This document shows, one piece after another, positions 63,254 to 64,000 of a DNA stretch of 64,000 bases; position 1 is the first letter of the stretch, and every line of letters begins with the position of its first letter. The stretch comes from Takakia lepidozioides (taxonomy: Eukaryota; Plantae; Bryophyta). The notes beneath the pieces were generated by a model that was not told the origin of the DNA, ran no database searches, and saw only the letters and a program-made list of their open reading frames with translations. The DNA lies in the NCBI GenBank assembly GCA_030704615.1, contig CM060731.1:48794001-48858000 (forward strand). The letters run 5' to 3'. Both the position numbers and the translations under genes were made by a program.

Positions 63254-64000
63254 GTGTGCATGCATCCTTCCCCCCCAACTAGGAGCTCAGCATCCAGATT
63301 TTCTGCTGATCAGCTCATGAACTGTAAGTTTCATCAAGGATGAACTCAGTCAGAAAAGTTTCCAACTAATGCCTTGCAATGACAATTGCAGCATAGGAAC
63401 CTGGTGAAGAATTTTCATATTCGTCGGGTATCAATAGAAGCATACTACACAGACAACAAGGCGGTGGAGTTCTCTCTCAAACTGGTGGGCAATATGTTCG
63501 CAGAGGAAAATTTCCAGTTCCATCTCAGCAACAACACCACGGTGCATTTTGGGGCTTTCTGGGAAAACACTGCGGAATTTCACTCTGCCTCCACGGTGCA
63601 CACTATGCTTGCCTTCCACTATGAAGACGTTGTAGCTGACAAGCCGAAGTTCAAGCCCTATTCCTGGGCTACGCTGCAATCTCTGGAGGAGGGTTCTGGG
63701 GGCTATCTGCCAAACAGCAAAGAGGCTCCAGCGGGTAATTTTCCATCCTCTGGCGGATTCGCCAGAAGCATCAAAGTGTTGCGGGCAGGTTTCATTCTCG
63801 TCAACAAAATCCTCGGTCTGGCAGCACCTTCGCCTCTCTCACCTACTACCTGCAAGGCTGAAGAGGTGGGCTTCTAACCATATGCCAGCACTTCGAAATC
63901 GACGCGTAAGGGATCACCATCAGCTCCTTCGCCCTCAACTTTTGTAGCTCTACCTTCTCTGGTAAGACTAGCTTGCTACCCCCCCCCTGTCAAGGACGAG

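Overview
Eukaryotic nuclear DNA, most likely from a non-seed land plant (inferred from GT-AG introns, a PLS-class PPR array, plant-type RPL7a, AAE17/18 and SDR exons). The window is mostly nested transposons around two tandemly duplicated, apparently intact 60S ribosomal protein L7a genes. The main structure is a 19.5-kb Mutator-like element (1744-21282) with ~270-300-bp GC-rich TIRs and a perfect 9-bp TSD (ATCTGGGTG). Its empty target site survives in the paralogous duplicate at 35978-35986. It carries a broken MULE/SWIM-family transposase at the left end and a convergent, apparently intact ~650-aa two-exon zinc-finger protein of unknown family at the right end. It also holds further orphan ORFs, internal repeats and a nested 6.6-kb CACTA element (3-bp TSD) that contains a PLS-PPR gene. 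Elsewhere there are an L1 LINE, an RLE-type LINE 3' end with a structured tail, Copia and Gypsy remnants, a Crypton-like tyrosine recombinase pseudogene, and hAT, MULE, Harbinger and piggyBac-like non-autonomous elements. All family assignments come from motif recognition by eye; no database searches were run.
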